Position numbers and translations under genes: made by a program
Notes under the pieces: model-generated
Databases searched by the model: none
The model's input: the letters and a program-made list of their open reading frames with translations, nothing else
What the model was told of the DNA's origin: nothing
From: an uncultured Alphaproteobacteria bacterium
GTDB lineage: Bacteria; Pseudomonadota; Alphaproteobacteria; RF32; CAG-239
Reading direction: 5' to 3'
Assembly: GCA_944390455.1 (NCBI GenBank)
Contig: CALXPU010000001.1
Span: forward strand, 72,620-136,619
Length of the DNA stretch: 64,000 nucleotides
Shown here: piece after piece, positions 48,573-58,586 of the stretch
Position numbering within the stretch: the stretch's first letter is position 1
Layout: each line of letters starts with the position of its first letter

Positions 48573-49088
48573 AGATTAAACCTATTTGGTAAGAAATTTT
48601 TAAGAATTAAATGTTAGTTTCTTTATAAGAGATTTTTTTAAGATGTCAATTTAAAATGTTCTCTTGGATGATTTGAGTAGTTCTTAGCAAAGGGATTATT
48701 TTTTTAGGTGATGTCGAAAAGTTATAAACAGGAAAAATTGCCAAACATTTATTTTTAAATAATTTTTTTGTTATTTGTTTATCCCTGTTAATTATGTTGA
48801 TAACTTTTTTGTAAACAGTTTTTTGCAGATTTTTTGGGGCTTGTTTAAAAGGCTGTGTAGGACTCCAAAAATTTGTTTTAAAATCAATTTTTTGATTAAA
48901 TCTGTTTTCTTGTGTGTAAATGATACTTATCAACACGTTTCACAGGCAGGGATAAATGCCTAAAAAATGTTTATAACTTGGGTTTATTTTTTGGCTTAAT
49001 GGTGATTATTTGTTAATTGTTTTTTAAACAATATAGTTATGCACAGATGTCTTTCAATATGTGCATAAATACTTTTTTTGAGGAAAAA

Positions 49089-49661
49089 ATGATTTTTGTA
49101 GCAATTACCGGTTCTATCGGATGTGGTAAAACAACAGTATCTAACTTATTGAGAAAATTAGGTTATTTAGTGTATGACGCTGATAAATGGGTTAGAGTTT
49201 TGTATTTTAAAAAGGATTTTTTGAAGGAAATTCAAAAATATTTTCCGCAAGTTTTTAAAAATGATGTTTTTGATAAAAAATTATTGCGCTCAATTGTTTT
49301 TCAGGATCCTCAACAGTTGAAAATTTTGGAGAATCTAATTCATCCTTTTTTGACACAAAGATTGAGACAAATTCTTAGATATCAACGTAATGATGGAATC
49401 GTTTTTTTTGAAGCTCCTTTGTTGTTTGAGTTAGGATGGGATAAGTTTTTTGATTATGTTGTTGTTGCCGATGTGGCTTATGATATTCAGAAAGAACGGG
49501 TTATGAAGCGTGATAAAATTTCTGAAGAAGAATTTGTTCGTATTAATGCTTTACAAATGCCTAGATGTGACAAAATTTGTCGTGCAGATATGGTAATTGA
49601 TACTGGGGTGGGTTTAGATAAATTAAGAAGAAATATTGTACAGATGTTGGGAGTTTTTTGA
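49089..49661 (+). CDS. coaE: dephospho-CoA kinase
   Basis: MIFVAITGSIGCGKTTV P-loop, ~190 aa. RBS GAGGAAAAAATG. Start trimmed from the track ORF (49017). Confidence 0.88.
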   Translation: MIFVAITGSIGCGKTTVSNLLRKLGYLVYDADKWVRVLYFKKDFLKEIQKYFPQVFKNDVFDKKLLRSIVFQDPQQLKILENLIHPFLTQRLRQILRYQRNDGIVFFEAPLLFELGWDKFFDYVVVADVAYDIQKERVMKRDKISEEEFVRINALQMPRCDKICRADMVIDTGVGLDKLRRNIVQMLGVF

Positions 49662-49662
49662 G

Positions 49663-50388
49663 ATGCAAGGTATTCGTGAAATTGTTTTTGATACGGAAAC
49701 GACTGGTTTTGATCCGGAAACAGGGGATAAATTGGTTGAAATTGGAGCTGTCGAACTTATTAATCATGTTCCAACTGGTAGAACATATCATCAATATATT
49801 AATCCTGAAAGAGAAGTACCTGAAGAAGTTGTTAAAGTACATGGATTAACGACAGAATATTTAAAAGATTTTCCAAATTTTGCGGCGGTTGCTCAGGATT
49901 TTATCGATTTTGTCGGCGATGATGGTATTTTGGTTGCGCATAACGCAACGTTTGATATGAAGTTTATTAATTTTGAACTTCGTCATCTCGGATTTGAAGG
50001 ATATAGCTGGGATAGAGTGATTGATACTTTGGAAATTGCTAAAAATAAATTTCCAGGGCAACGAAATAATTTGGATGTACTTTGCAAAAGATTTGGAATT
50101 GATAATTCAGCCAGAACATTTCACGGAGCTTTACTTGATGCTCAATTATTGGCGGAAGTGTATTTGGAATTACTGGGAGGGGCTGAACCGTCAATGGAAT
50201 TGGATGCTGTTCCAGCTGCTAAGAAAGAACAGCATGTGGAAACAAAAGAAGTGCAGCGTGTTTATAGGGAACCGAGAAATTTTCCTTTGACAGAGGAGCA
50301 AATCGCTTTGCATCGAGATTTTTTAACACAAAATATAAAAGATTCACTTTGGCTTTCTGATGAAAAAAAAGAAGAGGCGGCTCAGTAA
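49663..50388 (+). CDS. dnaQ: DNA polymerase III epsilon subunit (3'-5' proofreading exonuclease)
   Basis: Exo I VFDTETTG, Exo II AHNATFDMKFI, Exo III HGALLDAQLLAEVY. Follows coaE. Confidence 0.92.
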   Translation: MQGIREIVFDTETTGFDPETGDKLVEIGAVELINHVPTGRTYHQYINPEREVPEEVVKVHGLTTEYLKDFPNFAAVAQDFIDFVGDDGILVAHNATFDMKFINFELRHLGFEGYSWDRVIDTLEIAKNKFPGQRNNLDVLCKRFGIDNSARTFHGALLDAQLLAEVYLELLGGAEPSMELDAVPAAKKEQHVETKEVQRVYREPRNFPLTEEQIALHRDFLTQNIKDSLWLSDEKKEEAAQ

Positions 50389-51089
50389 TGTTTTATTTTT
50401 CTAATGTAAAAGGACGTAAAGTCTTAAAATCAGATTTTTTAAATGATGTGGAGCATTTTTTTACGACGCGTGAATTATGTCTTTTTGCTAAAGAAGATGA
50501 TATGTCCGACAATAGGAAATTGATTGAAAATTATTTAGGACAGAAAATGGCAACCAATCAACCTGTTCATGGTACGCATATTGCAACAGTTGAGGATAAT
50601 AATTTTTTTTATAGTCAGACTGATGGTTTGCTTATTTCTAAAGGGCAGGCTGCTTTTATGAATTTTGGGGACTGCGTTCCTATAATTTTTTATGCAAATA
50701 ATATAGGAGTTATTGTACATGCCGGTTGGCGAGGAACAGTTCAATGTATGGCTAAAGTTGCTGTTGAAAAGCTGATAAGAGAGTATGGCATTAAAGCTCA
50801 AGATATTAAAGCTGTTATTGGACCTGCAATTTGTTCTAAATGTTATGAAGTAGGGCAAGATGTTTTTGCTCAGTTGTATAAGACGGTTGCTAATCATTTT
50901 GAGGGTTTTTATCAAAAGGATAATAAGTATTTTGTAGGGCTTAAAGACATTAATAAACAACAATTACTAGAGTGTGGAGTTAGTCAAATAGACGTTTGTC
51001 CTTATTGTACGGCATGTGGTGAAAAGTTATTTTATTCTTATCGTTTTGAGAAAACAGGGTATAGACATAGTGCAGTTTTGAAATTATAA
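50388..51089 (+). CDS. pgeF: purine nucleoside phosphorylase / laccase-domain protein PgeF (YfiH, DUF152)
   Basis: Conserved HAGWRG and C-x-CYEV motifs. Confidence 0.82.
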   Translation: MFYFSNVKGRKVLKSDFLNDVEHFFTTRELCLFAKEDDMSDNRKLIENYLGQKMATNQPVHGTHIATVEDNNFFYSQTDGLLISKGQAAFMNFGDCVPIIFYANNIGVIVHAGWRGTVQCMAKVAVEKLIREYGIKAQDIKAVIGPAICSKCYEVGQDVFAQLYKTVANHFEGFYQKDNKYFVGLKDINKQQLLECGVSQIDVCPYCTACGEKLFYSYRFEKTGYRHSAVLKL

Positions 51090-51297
51090 AATTGCAAATA
51101 TTTATAGGGCTTTTTATTGTTTTTATTTAGTTTTATAAATGTTTGTTAAAACAAGGTGCAACAGTAAGTTTTTGCTTGAATATTCTTTTTTAGTAGTATA
51201 ACTTCTTTCCAGAATTAATCGTTCTGCCGTTGGAACTTTTTAGTAAAAGTTTCAGACGGTTGTTTTTAACTAATAAGCTGATAGGAGCTGAATAACC

Positions 51298-53997
51298 ATG
51301 AGTAAATGGGTATATACATTTGGTGATGGCAAAGCCGAAGGCGATGCTAGCATGCGTAATCTCCTCGGCGGTAAAGGTGCTAACTTGGCAGAAATGAACA
51401 AAGTTGGTTTGCCTGTTCCTCCGGGATTTACTGTTACAACTGAAGTTTGTACATATTATTACAATAACAATAAAACTTATCCTGCTGATTTGAAAGATCA
51501 AGTTAGAGCAGGTGTTGCTCATGTTGAAAGTATTATGGGCAAGAAATTTGCTGATGCAAATAATCCGTTGTTGTTCTCTGTTCGTTCCGGTGCAAGAGTT
51601 TCTATGCCGGGTATGATGGATACTGTTTTGAACCTTGGTTTGAATGATGAAACAGTTAAAGCTTTGGCTAAAGCTTCCGGAAGCGAAAGATTTGCTTATG
51701 ACTCTTATCGCCGTTTCTTGCAAATGTTCTCTGACGTGGTTTTGGGCGCTGATTTGGATTTGTATGAAGAAGCTTTGGATAATATGAAAAAAGCTAAAGG
51801 ATATAAATCTGATACAGATTTGACTGCTGATGACCTTAAAGAATTAGTAAAAGAATATAAAGAAATTGGTCAAAAAATCGGTAAAGTAGTTCCTCAAGAT
51901 CCATGGGAACAATTATGGGCAGGTATTGGTGCCGTATTCGGTTCTTGGATGGTTGATCGTGCTATTACCTATCGTAAATTAAATAACATTCCTGGTGACT
52001 GGGGTACAGCTGTTAACGTTCAAACCATGGTGTTTGGTAATGCTGGTGACGATTGCGCTACCGGTGTTTGCTTCTCTCGTGACCCTGCTACCGGTGAAAA
52101 TGTTTACTATGGTGAATATCTTGTAAATGCTCAAGGTGAAGACGTTGTTGCAGGTATTCGTACTCCGCAACCTATGGCTTCTAAGGGTGATGGTAATTCT
52201 TTGGAAGAAAAATGGCCTCACCTTTATAAAGAATTAGTAGATGTTCGTAATAACCTCGAAGCTCACTATAAAGATATGCAAGATATGGAATTTACTATTG
52301 AACATGGTAAACTCTGGATGTTGCAATGCCGTAATGGTAAAAGAACTGCCGCTGCTGCTGTTCGTATGGCTGTTGAAATGTATGAAGAAGGTATGCTTTC
52401 TAAAGAAGAAGCTATCATGCGCGTAGGTGCTGATCAACTTGATCAATTGTTGCACCCAATGCTTGATCCTAAAGCTGAAAAGAAAGTTATTGCTACAGGT
52501 CTTCCTGCTTCTCCAGGTGCTGCTGTAGGTCGTGCTGTATTTAATGCAGAAGATGCTGAAGCTTGGGCAGCTAAAGGTGAAAAAGTTATCCTTATCCGTA
52601 ACGAAACATCTCCAGAAGATATTGGCGGTATGCATGCTTCTCAAGGTGTGATTACAGCTCGTGGTGGTATGACTTCTCACGCAGCCGTTGTTGCTCGTGG
52701 TATGGGTACTCCTTGCGTTTCTGGTTCTACAGATATTGTTATCGATTACAAAGCTAAAACAATGTCTACTAAATCCGGTGTTGTAATTAAAGAAGGTGAT
52801 TGGGTTTCTTTGGATGGTGCTAAAGGCCAAATCATTGAAGGAAAAATTCCAACAGTTCAAGTTGAAATGACTGGTAACTTCGGTAAATTAATGACTTGGG
52901 TTGATGAAATCAAAACTATGAAAGTTCGTGCTAACGCTGAAACTCCGAAAGATGCTAAACAAGCTCGTGATTTCGGTGCTGAAGGTATTGGTTTGGCTCG
53001 TACAGAACATATGTTCTTTGATGCTAATCGTATTGCTGATATGCGCGCTATGATTTTGTCTGATAACGAAGCTGGTCGTCGTGCTGCATTGGCTCGTTTA
53101 TTGCCATACCAAAAACAAGACTTTATTGACTTGTTCACAATTATGGATGGTCTGCCAGTTACAGTTCGTTTGTTAGACCCACCGTTGCACGAATTCTTGC
53201 CGCATACAGATGCTGAAATGAAAGAATTAGCTGATAAAATGGGTATGACTTTGGAACAAGTTAAAACTCGTTCTGAAAAATTGCACGAACAAAACCCGAT
53301 GTTAGGTCACCGTGGTTGCCGTTTGGCTGTTACATATCCTGAAATTGCTGAAATGCAAGCTACTGCTATCTTAGAAGCTGCTTTGGAATGCCAAGAAAAA
53401 GGTATTAAAGTAACTCCGGAAATCGAAGTTCCTTTGACAGGTTCTAAGAAAGAATTAGACATCGTTAAAAACGTTATTGATGAAACAGCTCAAAAAGTAT
53501 TTGCAGCTAAAGGTAAGAAAATTGACTACCTCGTTGGTACAATGATTGAATTGCCTCGTGCAGCTTTGATGGCTGAAGAAATTGCAGAATCTGCTGGTTT
53601 CTTTGGTTTTGGTACAAACGATCTTACTCAAACAACTTTGGGTATGAGCCGTGACGATACTGGTGCTATCTTAGATGAATACAGAGCTAAAGGCGTATAT
53701 GTAGCTGATCCATTTGCTTCTATTGATGTTGATGGTGTTGGTAAATTGGTTCGCCGTGCAGCTGTTCATGGTCGTATGACAAATCCGGATTTGCACTTAG
53801 GTGTTTGCGGTGAACACGGTGGTGATCCTGCTTCTATTGAATTCTTCAATTCTGTAGGTTTGGATTACGTTTCTTGTTCTCCGTTCCGTGTACCTGTTGC
53901 TCGTTTGGCTGCAGCTCAAGCTGCTGTTAAGCAAAAGGGACAACCTAAAGCTGTTGACGCAGCTAAAGAAGGTTGCTGCTGCAAAAAGGCTTGCTAA
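51298..53997 (+). CDS. ppdK: pyruvate, phosphate dikinase, with unusual Cys-rich C-terminal tail
   Basis: ~900 aa. Phosphohistidine region GGMTSHAAVVARGMG, PEP-utilizer TIM-barrel GTNDLTQ...CGE. The final residues ...AKEGCCCKKAC are atypical. Confidence 0.93.
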   Translation: MSKWVYTFGDGKAEGDASMRNLLGGKGANLAEMNKVGLPVPPGFTVTTEVCTYYYNNNKTYPADLKDQVRAGVAHVESIMGKKFADANNPLLFSVRSGARVSMPGMMDTVLNLGLNDETVKALAKASGSERFAYDSYRRFLQMFSDVVLGADLDLYEEALDNMKKAKGYKSDTDLTADDLKELVKEYKEIGQKIGKVVPQDPWEQLWAGIGAVFGSWMVDRAITYRKLNNIPGDWGTAVNVQTMVFGNAGDDCATGVCFSRDPATGENVYYGEYLVNAQGEDVVAGIRTPQPMASKGDGNSLEEKWPHLYKELVDVRNNLEAHYKDMQDMEFTIEHGKLWMLQCRNGKRTAAAAVRMAVEMYEEGMLSKEEAIMRVGADQLDQLLHPMLDPKAEKKVIATGLPASPGAAVGRAVFNAEDAEAWAAKGEKVILIRNETSPEDIGGMHASQGVITARGGMTSHAAVVARGMGTPCVSGSTDIVIDYKAKTMSTKSGVVIKEGDWVSLDGAKGQIIEGKIPTVQVEMTGNFGKLMTWVDEIKTMKVRANAETPKDAKQARDFGAEGIGLARTEHMFFDANRIADMRAMILSDNEAGRRAALARLLPYQKQDFIDLFTIMDGLPVTVRLLDPPLHEFLPHTDAEMKELADKMGMTLEQVKTRSEKLHEQNPMLGHRGCRLAVTYPEIAEMQATAILEAALECQEKGIKVTPEIEVPLTGSKKELDIVKNVIDETAQKVFAAKGKKIDYLVGTMIELPRAALMAEEIAESAGFFGFGTNDLTQTTLGMSRDDTGAILDEYRAKGVYVADPFASIDVDGVGKLVRRAAVHGRMTNPDLHLGVCGEHGGDPASIEFFNSVGLDYVSCSPFRVPVARLAAAQAAVKQKGQPKAVDAAKEGCCCKKAC

Positions 53998-54018
53998 TTA
54001 TTTAGTCTAGCTTATTTG

Positions 54019-54050
54019 GAACCCCACTCTAAACAGAGTGGGGTTTTTTG
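54019..54050 (+). terminator. rho-independent terminator of ppdK
   Basis: GGAACCCCACTCT-AAAC-AGAGTGGGGTTTTTTG. Confidence 0.75.
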
Positions 54051-54157
54051 TATATATCTTTTATTTTTATTTGATTAGATTTTTGATTCACAGCATTATA
54101 TTTACAGATGTAAAGCTTTTGGCTTTTTATTTGGAGTTGTTTTTTAGGGAGTTTGAA

Positions 54158-54658
54158 ATGAACAAATTTGAAAGTATTGTTGAAACGGTTAAAAAAGAAG
54201 CACTTAAACTTAAGGATATTGAAAAAGATAAAGCTGTTGCTAAACAGGTTTGTGTTGATTTAAAAAATGAGGTTTTAAAACTCAAAGAATTAAATGCAGA
54301 TAAGTTTAAAAATGCATTTAATAGCTATTTTGTTGAATATTTGACAAAGAATTATTTGACATTTGATGGTAGAGTTTCTCGTCGTCAGTATTGGATGTTT
54401 GTTTTGTTTTTTGTTTTAGTTGGTTTTATTATTGGATTAATTGGAGGGATTATTCCTATTTTGAGTATTTTTTCTTTACTCTATACTTTGGCTTTAGTTG
54501 TTCCAAGTGTTGGACTAGGTATTCGTCGTTTACACGATTTAGGGTTGTCAGGATGGTTTTTATTGATTGCTCTTATTCCTTATGTTGGTAGTTTATTTTT
54601 AGTTATTTTATTCAGTATTCCTGGGGAAAATAAAGCTAATGAATATGGTGATAAATAA
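54158..54658 (+). CDS. DUF805 (YhaH-like) inner-membrane protein with N-terminal coiled-coil segment
   Basis: Conserved RxSRRQYW motif (GRVSRRQYWMFVLFFVLVGF) and a GxxRLHDxG-like GIRRLHDLGLSGW. AGGGAG RBS before the ATG at 54158. The track ORF start (54038) lies inside the ppdK terminator. Confidence 0.7.
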   Translation: MNKFESIVETVKKEALKLKDIEKDKAVAKQVCVDLKNEVLKLKELNADKFKNAFNSYFVEYLTKNYLTFDGRVSRRQYWMFVLFFVLVGFIIGLIGGIIPILSIFSLLYTLALVVPSVGLGIRRLHDLGLSGWFLLIALIPYVGSLFLVILFSIPGENKANEYGDK

Positions 54659-54681
54659 GGATTATTTATTGTAATAAGCAT

Positions 54682-54708
54682 AACGCCACTTTTTAGTGGC
54701 GTTTTTTA
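54682..54708 (+). terminator. rho-independent terminator
   Basis: AACGCCACT-TTTT-AGTGGCGTT followed by TTTTT. Confidence 0.65.
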
Positions 54709-54753
54709 TAGTTGTTTTACTGAAAATCTGAATTTATTTAGGGAATATCTATT

Positions 54754-55455
54754 TTAATATTCTATCAGAAATAAGATGATTAAAGTTGAAATGACAATAG
54801 AGGGTCCATAGGCATCTTGGCGCTTTTTGTTAATAAAACAACTGATTGCAAAAATAAAACATGATAGCAAAATAATATAGGGAATATTGCTAAAGCCAAG
54901 CCATGCTCCGACAGCTGATAATAATTTTATATCGCCGCCTCCAAAAGCGTCTGGGTGTTTTTTTATAATAAAAAGAGATGCTATTACCGGAATTATGTAT
55001 CCTCCTAAAGCTCCTAATGCACTGTTAGCAGTAGAGGAGGCTATATCATATCCAAGGCAATTTCCGGCAAATGTGGCATACATAAAACCAACGATTAAAA
55101 GTGGAACTGTCAATATATCTGGCAATAAGAACATTCTTTTATCAATTTCCATCAGCATAAAAAGAACAATAATTAAGAAAGAAATCCATGGTGTTTCTTG
55201 TGCGGGAAGAACTTGCGATGCTAAAAAAATCACAGCAGAGGTAATAATTCCCCAACCAAGTGAACGCATAAAATATCTGTGGCACAGAAGTTGGTATTTG
55301 TGATTATTCTTTCTTTTGGCATAAGAAACGCTTTTGTTTATATGAAAGATTCTATATAAAGCGTAGGCAAATGTTGCCGGCATAAATTTTGAAAATCGGC
55401 GTGCCAAATAAGGGATTGTGAAACCAAAAGCAAAACCTATAATTATGTATAACAT
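54754..55455 (-). CDS. cpaA: prepilin peptidase (A24 family; CpaA/TadV-like)
   Basis: Polytopic membrane protein with the conserved aspartate regions (...GGGDIKLL...). Confidence 0.75.
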   Translation of the reverse strand: MLYIIIGFAFGFTIPYLARRFSKFMPATFAYALYRIFHINKSVSYAKRKNNHKYQLLCHRYFMRSLGWGIITSAVIFLASQVLPAQETPWISFLIIVLFMLMEIDKRMFLLPDILTVPLLIVGFMYATFAGNCLGYDIASSTANSALGALGGYIIPVIASLFIIKKHPDAFGGGDIKLLSAVGAWLGFSNIPYIILLSCFIFAISCFINKKRQDAYGPSIVISTLIILFLIEY

Positions 55456-55531
55456 TGTTTATCTCCAGAGTTATATTTGCTTTTAGCTTATTGTAGATTG
55501 GTAAATTTTTATTGAATAGAAAGATGTTTTT

Positions 55532-56155
55532 TTATATCAATCCTAATTTTTGTGCGGTTATAACTGCTTGAGTTCTATTATTTACTTTTAATGAGCGTAA
55601 TAACGCGTTTATGTGCAATTTTACGGTGGCTTCGGATACGCCCATTTCATAGGCTATTTGTTTATTAGATTTGCCTTGTGCAATTAAATTTAGTACTTGT
55701 GATTGGCGATTGGTTAGATTCTTTTTTAGCTGAGGTTGGGGAATATTTTTATTATATTCAGTGTTATTTTCCAACATTGCCAAAGGAATATAAGTACCAC
55801 CATCTAGAATTAGTTTAAGTGCTCCACTTAGTATATTGCTGTCAGATTTTTTAGGAATGTATCCTTTGACGCCATTTGAAAGAATTTTTCGTATATTTCT
55901 AGTATCTTCAGAGGTGGAAATAGCTACTATTTTTGTTTGAGGAGAAATGGTTTTTAATTTGTTTATTATATCTGTAGCATTGGGAATGTCTATATCTAGT
56001 ATGAGAATATCAATATCTGGTTCTTTTGACAATAATTTTTGCATTTCAATCAAATCAGATGATTGAAGAATATTTATATCTTGATTAATTTGTTTTAGTC
56101 TTAATGATAGTCCGTCTCTGAATAATGATTGTTCGTCCGTTATTAAAACTTTCAT
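55532..56155 (-). CDS. orphan NarL/FixJ-family response regulator (receiver + LuxR-type HTH)
   Basis: Receiver with D in ILILDIDIP and K in KGYIPK. C-terminal LuxR HTH ...LTNRQSQVLNLIAQGKSNKQIAYEMGVSEATVKLHINALLRSL. No adjacent histidine kinase. Confidence 0.8.
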   Translation of the reverse strand: MKVLITDEQSLFRDGLSLRLKQINQDINILQSSDLIEMQKLLSKEPDIDILILDIDIPNATDIINKLKTISPQTKIVAISTSEDTRNIRKILSNGVKGYIPKKSDSNILSGALKLILDGGTYIPLAMLENNTEYNKNIPQPQLKKNLTNRQSQVLNLIAQGKSNKQIAYEMGVSEATVKLHINALLRSLKVNNRTQAVITAQKLGLI

Positions 56156-56245
56156 TTATATCTCCTCTGAATTTCAAGATACGTGATAAATGTAGTTGCA
56201 ATATAAGTACGGATTGACGGTTTTAAAGATATTGTTTTAAGTTTT

Positions 56246-56710
56246 TTATTCCTTAGGAGGCAGTATCATTAATTCAACTCCCGCTTCTTTTAGCATTTGT
56301 TCTGAATAGGTTATTCTATCTCTCCAAGTATTTTGTGGTGTATTTTTATCTATAACTAAAGGATTGGTTACAACGAGTTTTATTCCTGATTGGATAATTG
56401 CTCGTGTGCAATCGGTGCAGGGGAAGTGTGTTGCATAAAGAACGCAACCTTTTACTTTTGTACCGCATAAACAAGCATTGTAGATGGCATTTCGTTCAGC
56501 ATGCTCAAAAAAATCATATTTTGTTGGGCGCTCAAATCTTTCAAATACATCATCATCAACGCCACGCACAAAACCATTATAGCCTGTTGCTCTGATTTCT
56601 TTATCTGGACCGACTATTACTGCACCGGTTTTGGTGGATGTATCTTTTGACCAGGTAGAAACTAATTTTGCTAATTCCATAAAACGATAGTGCCATTTCA
56701 TTGTAAACAT
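56246..56710 (-). CDS. deoxycytidylate (dCMP) deaminase
   Basis: Zinc-binding HAERNAI and PCTDCTRAI motifs. Confidence 0.85.
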   Translation of the reverse strand: MFTMKWHYRFMELAKLVSTWSKDTSTKTGAVIVGPDKEIRATGYNGFVRGVDDDVFERFERPTKYDFFEHAERNAIYNACLCGTKVKGCVLYATHFPCTDCTRAIIQSGIKLVVTNPLVIDKNTPQNTWRDRITYSEQMLKEAGVELMILPPKE

Positions 56711-56813
56711 TATTTTTCTCCATGCTTATTCTATTTTTATGCAGTTTAGTCTTTTTTTGTTATTTTACAAGAATTTTGTTATGAGAAACGGGACGATAAG
56801 ATTTATATGTAAC

Positions 56814-56841
56814 TTGACTTTGTTGGGCTAAAAGCTATATT
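56814..56841 (+). promoter_or_regulatory. candidate sigma70-type promoter for eno
   Basis: TTGACT, a 16-nt spacer, then TATATT about 37 nt upstream of the eno ATG. RBS AGGAG before the ATG. Confidence 0.35.
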
Positions 56842-56877
56842 TATTTACACTTTAAATTTTATCATAGGAGTAAGTAA

Positions 56878-58155
<1,278 letters not shown>

Positions 58156-58173
58156 TTTTTAGGAGTTAGTTCA

Positions 58174-58428
58174 ATGAAAGGTCTTTTGTATTTCATTATT
58201 ACTCTTGTTGTTATTGCAGGTATAGGTTCAGCCTTTTGGTGGTTGATTGATGGTTCTACTCCTCAAGAACAATTAGAATATTTAAAAGTTACATTTAGTG
58301 AAGCTGTTGATGGTAGCGCTGCTTCTAATACAGCAGATTCCGCTTCTAAACTTGGACGAGTATTGAAAGATAATTTTGAAGATGCTCAACAAGTTTATGA
58401 ATATGGAGCAGAAGCTAAATACGAATAG
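58174..58428 (+). CDS. small single-pass membrane protein (hypothetical)
   Basis: N-terminal TM YFIITLVVIAGIGSAFWWLI. Good RBS AGGAG. Followed by a terminator hairpin at ~58446-58481. Confidence 0.45.
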   Translation: MKGLLYFIITLVVIAGIGSAFWWLIDGSTPQEQLEYLKVTFSEAVDGSAASNTADSASKLGRVLKDNFEDAQQVYEYGAEAKYE

Positions 58429-58445
58429 TTTTATTTAAGCTTTGT

Positions 58446-58481
58446 GGAAGAGGGAATAATTAAATTCCCTCTTTTTATTTT
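58446..58481 (+). terminator. rho-independent terminator after eno/small ORF
   Basis: GGAAGAGGGAATAATTAAATTCCCTCTTTTTATTTT. Confidence 0.7.
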
Positions 58482-58586
58482 GTTTGAATAAAGATTGTGT
58501 AAAATTCTGTTTTTTTCTATAAAAGTGTTGAGATATTCATTGTTTGTGTTACTCTCTGCGTAATGAATTAATAATAGGCGTTTTTT

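Noticed and set aside
48646-48936. 96-aa minus-strand ORF in the rho upstream region
   Set aside because: K/I/N-rich low-complexity translation of AT-rich leader DNA with no RBS. It is more likely part of the rho 5' leader than a gene.
52234-52860. 208-aa antisense ORF inside ppdK (and 51190-51723 antisense over the ppdK start)
   Set aside because: Both lie completely inside or opposite a highly conserved, confidently called gene and are rich in Ser/Cys/Thr nonsense. These are typical shadow ORFs.
55532-56155. LuxR-type quorum-sensing solo
   Set aside because: The N-domain is a phospho-receiver (NarL/FixJ type) and not an autoinducer-binding domain. It is an orphan response regulator rather than a QS LuxR.
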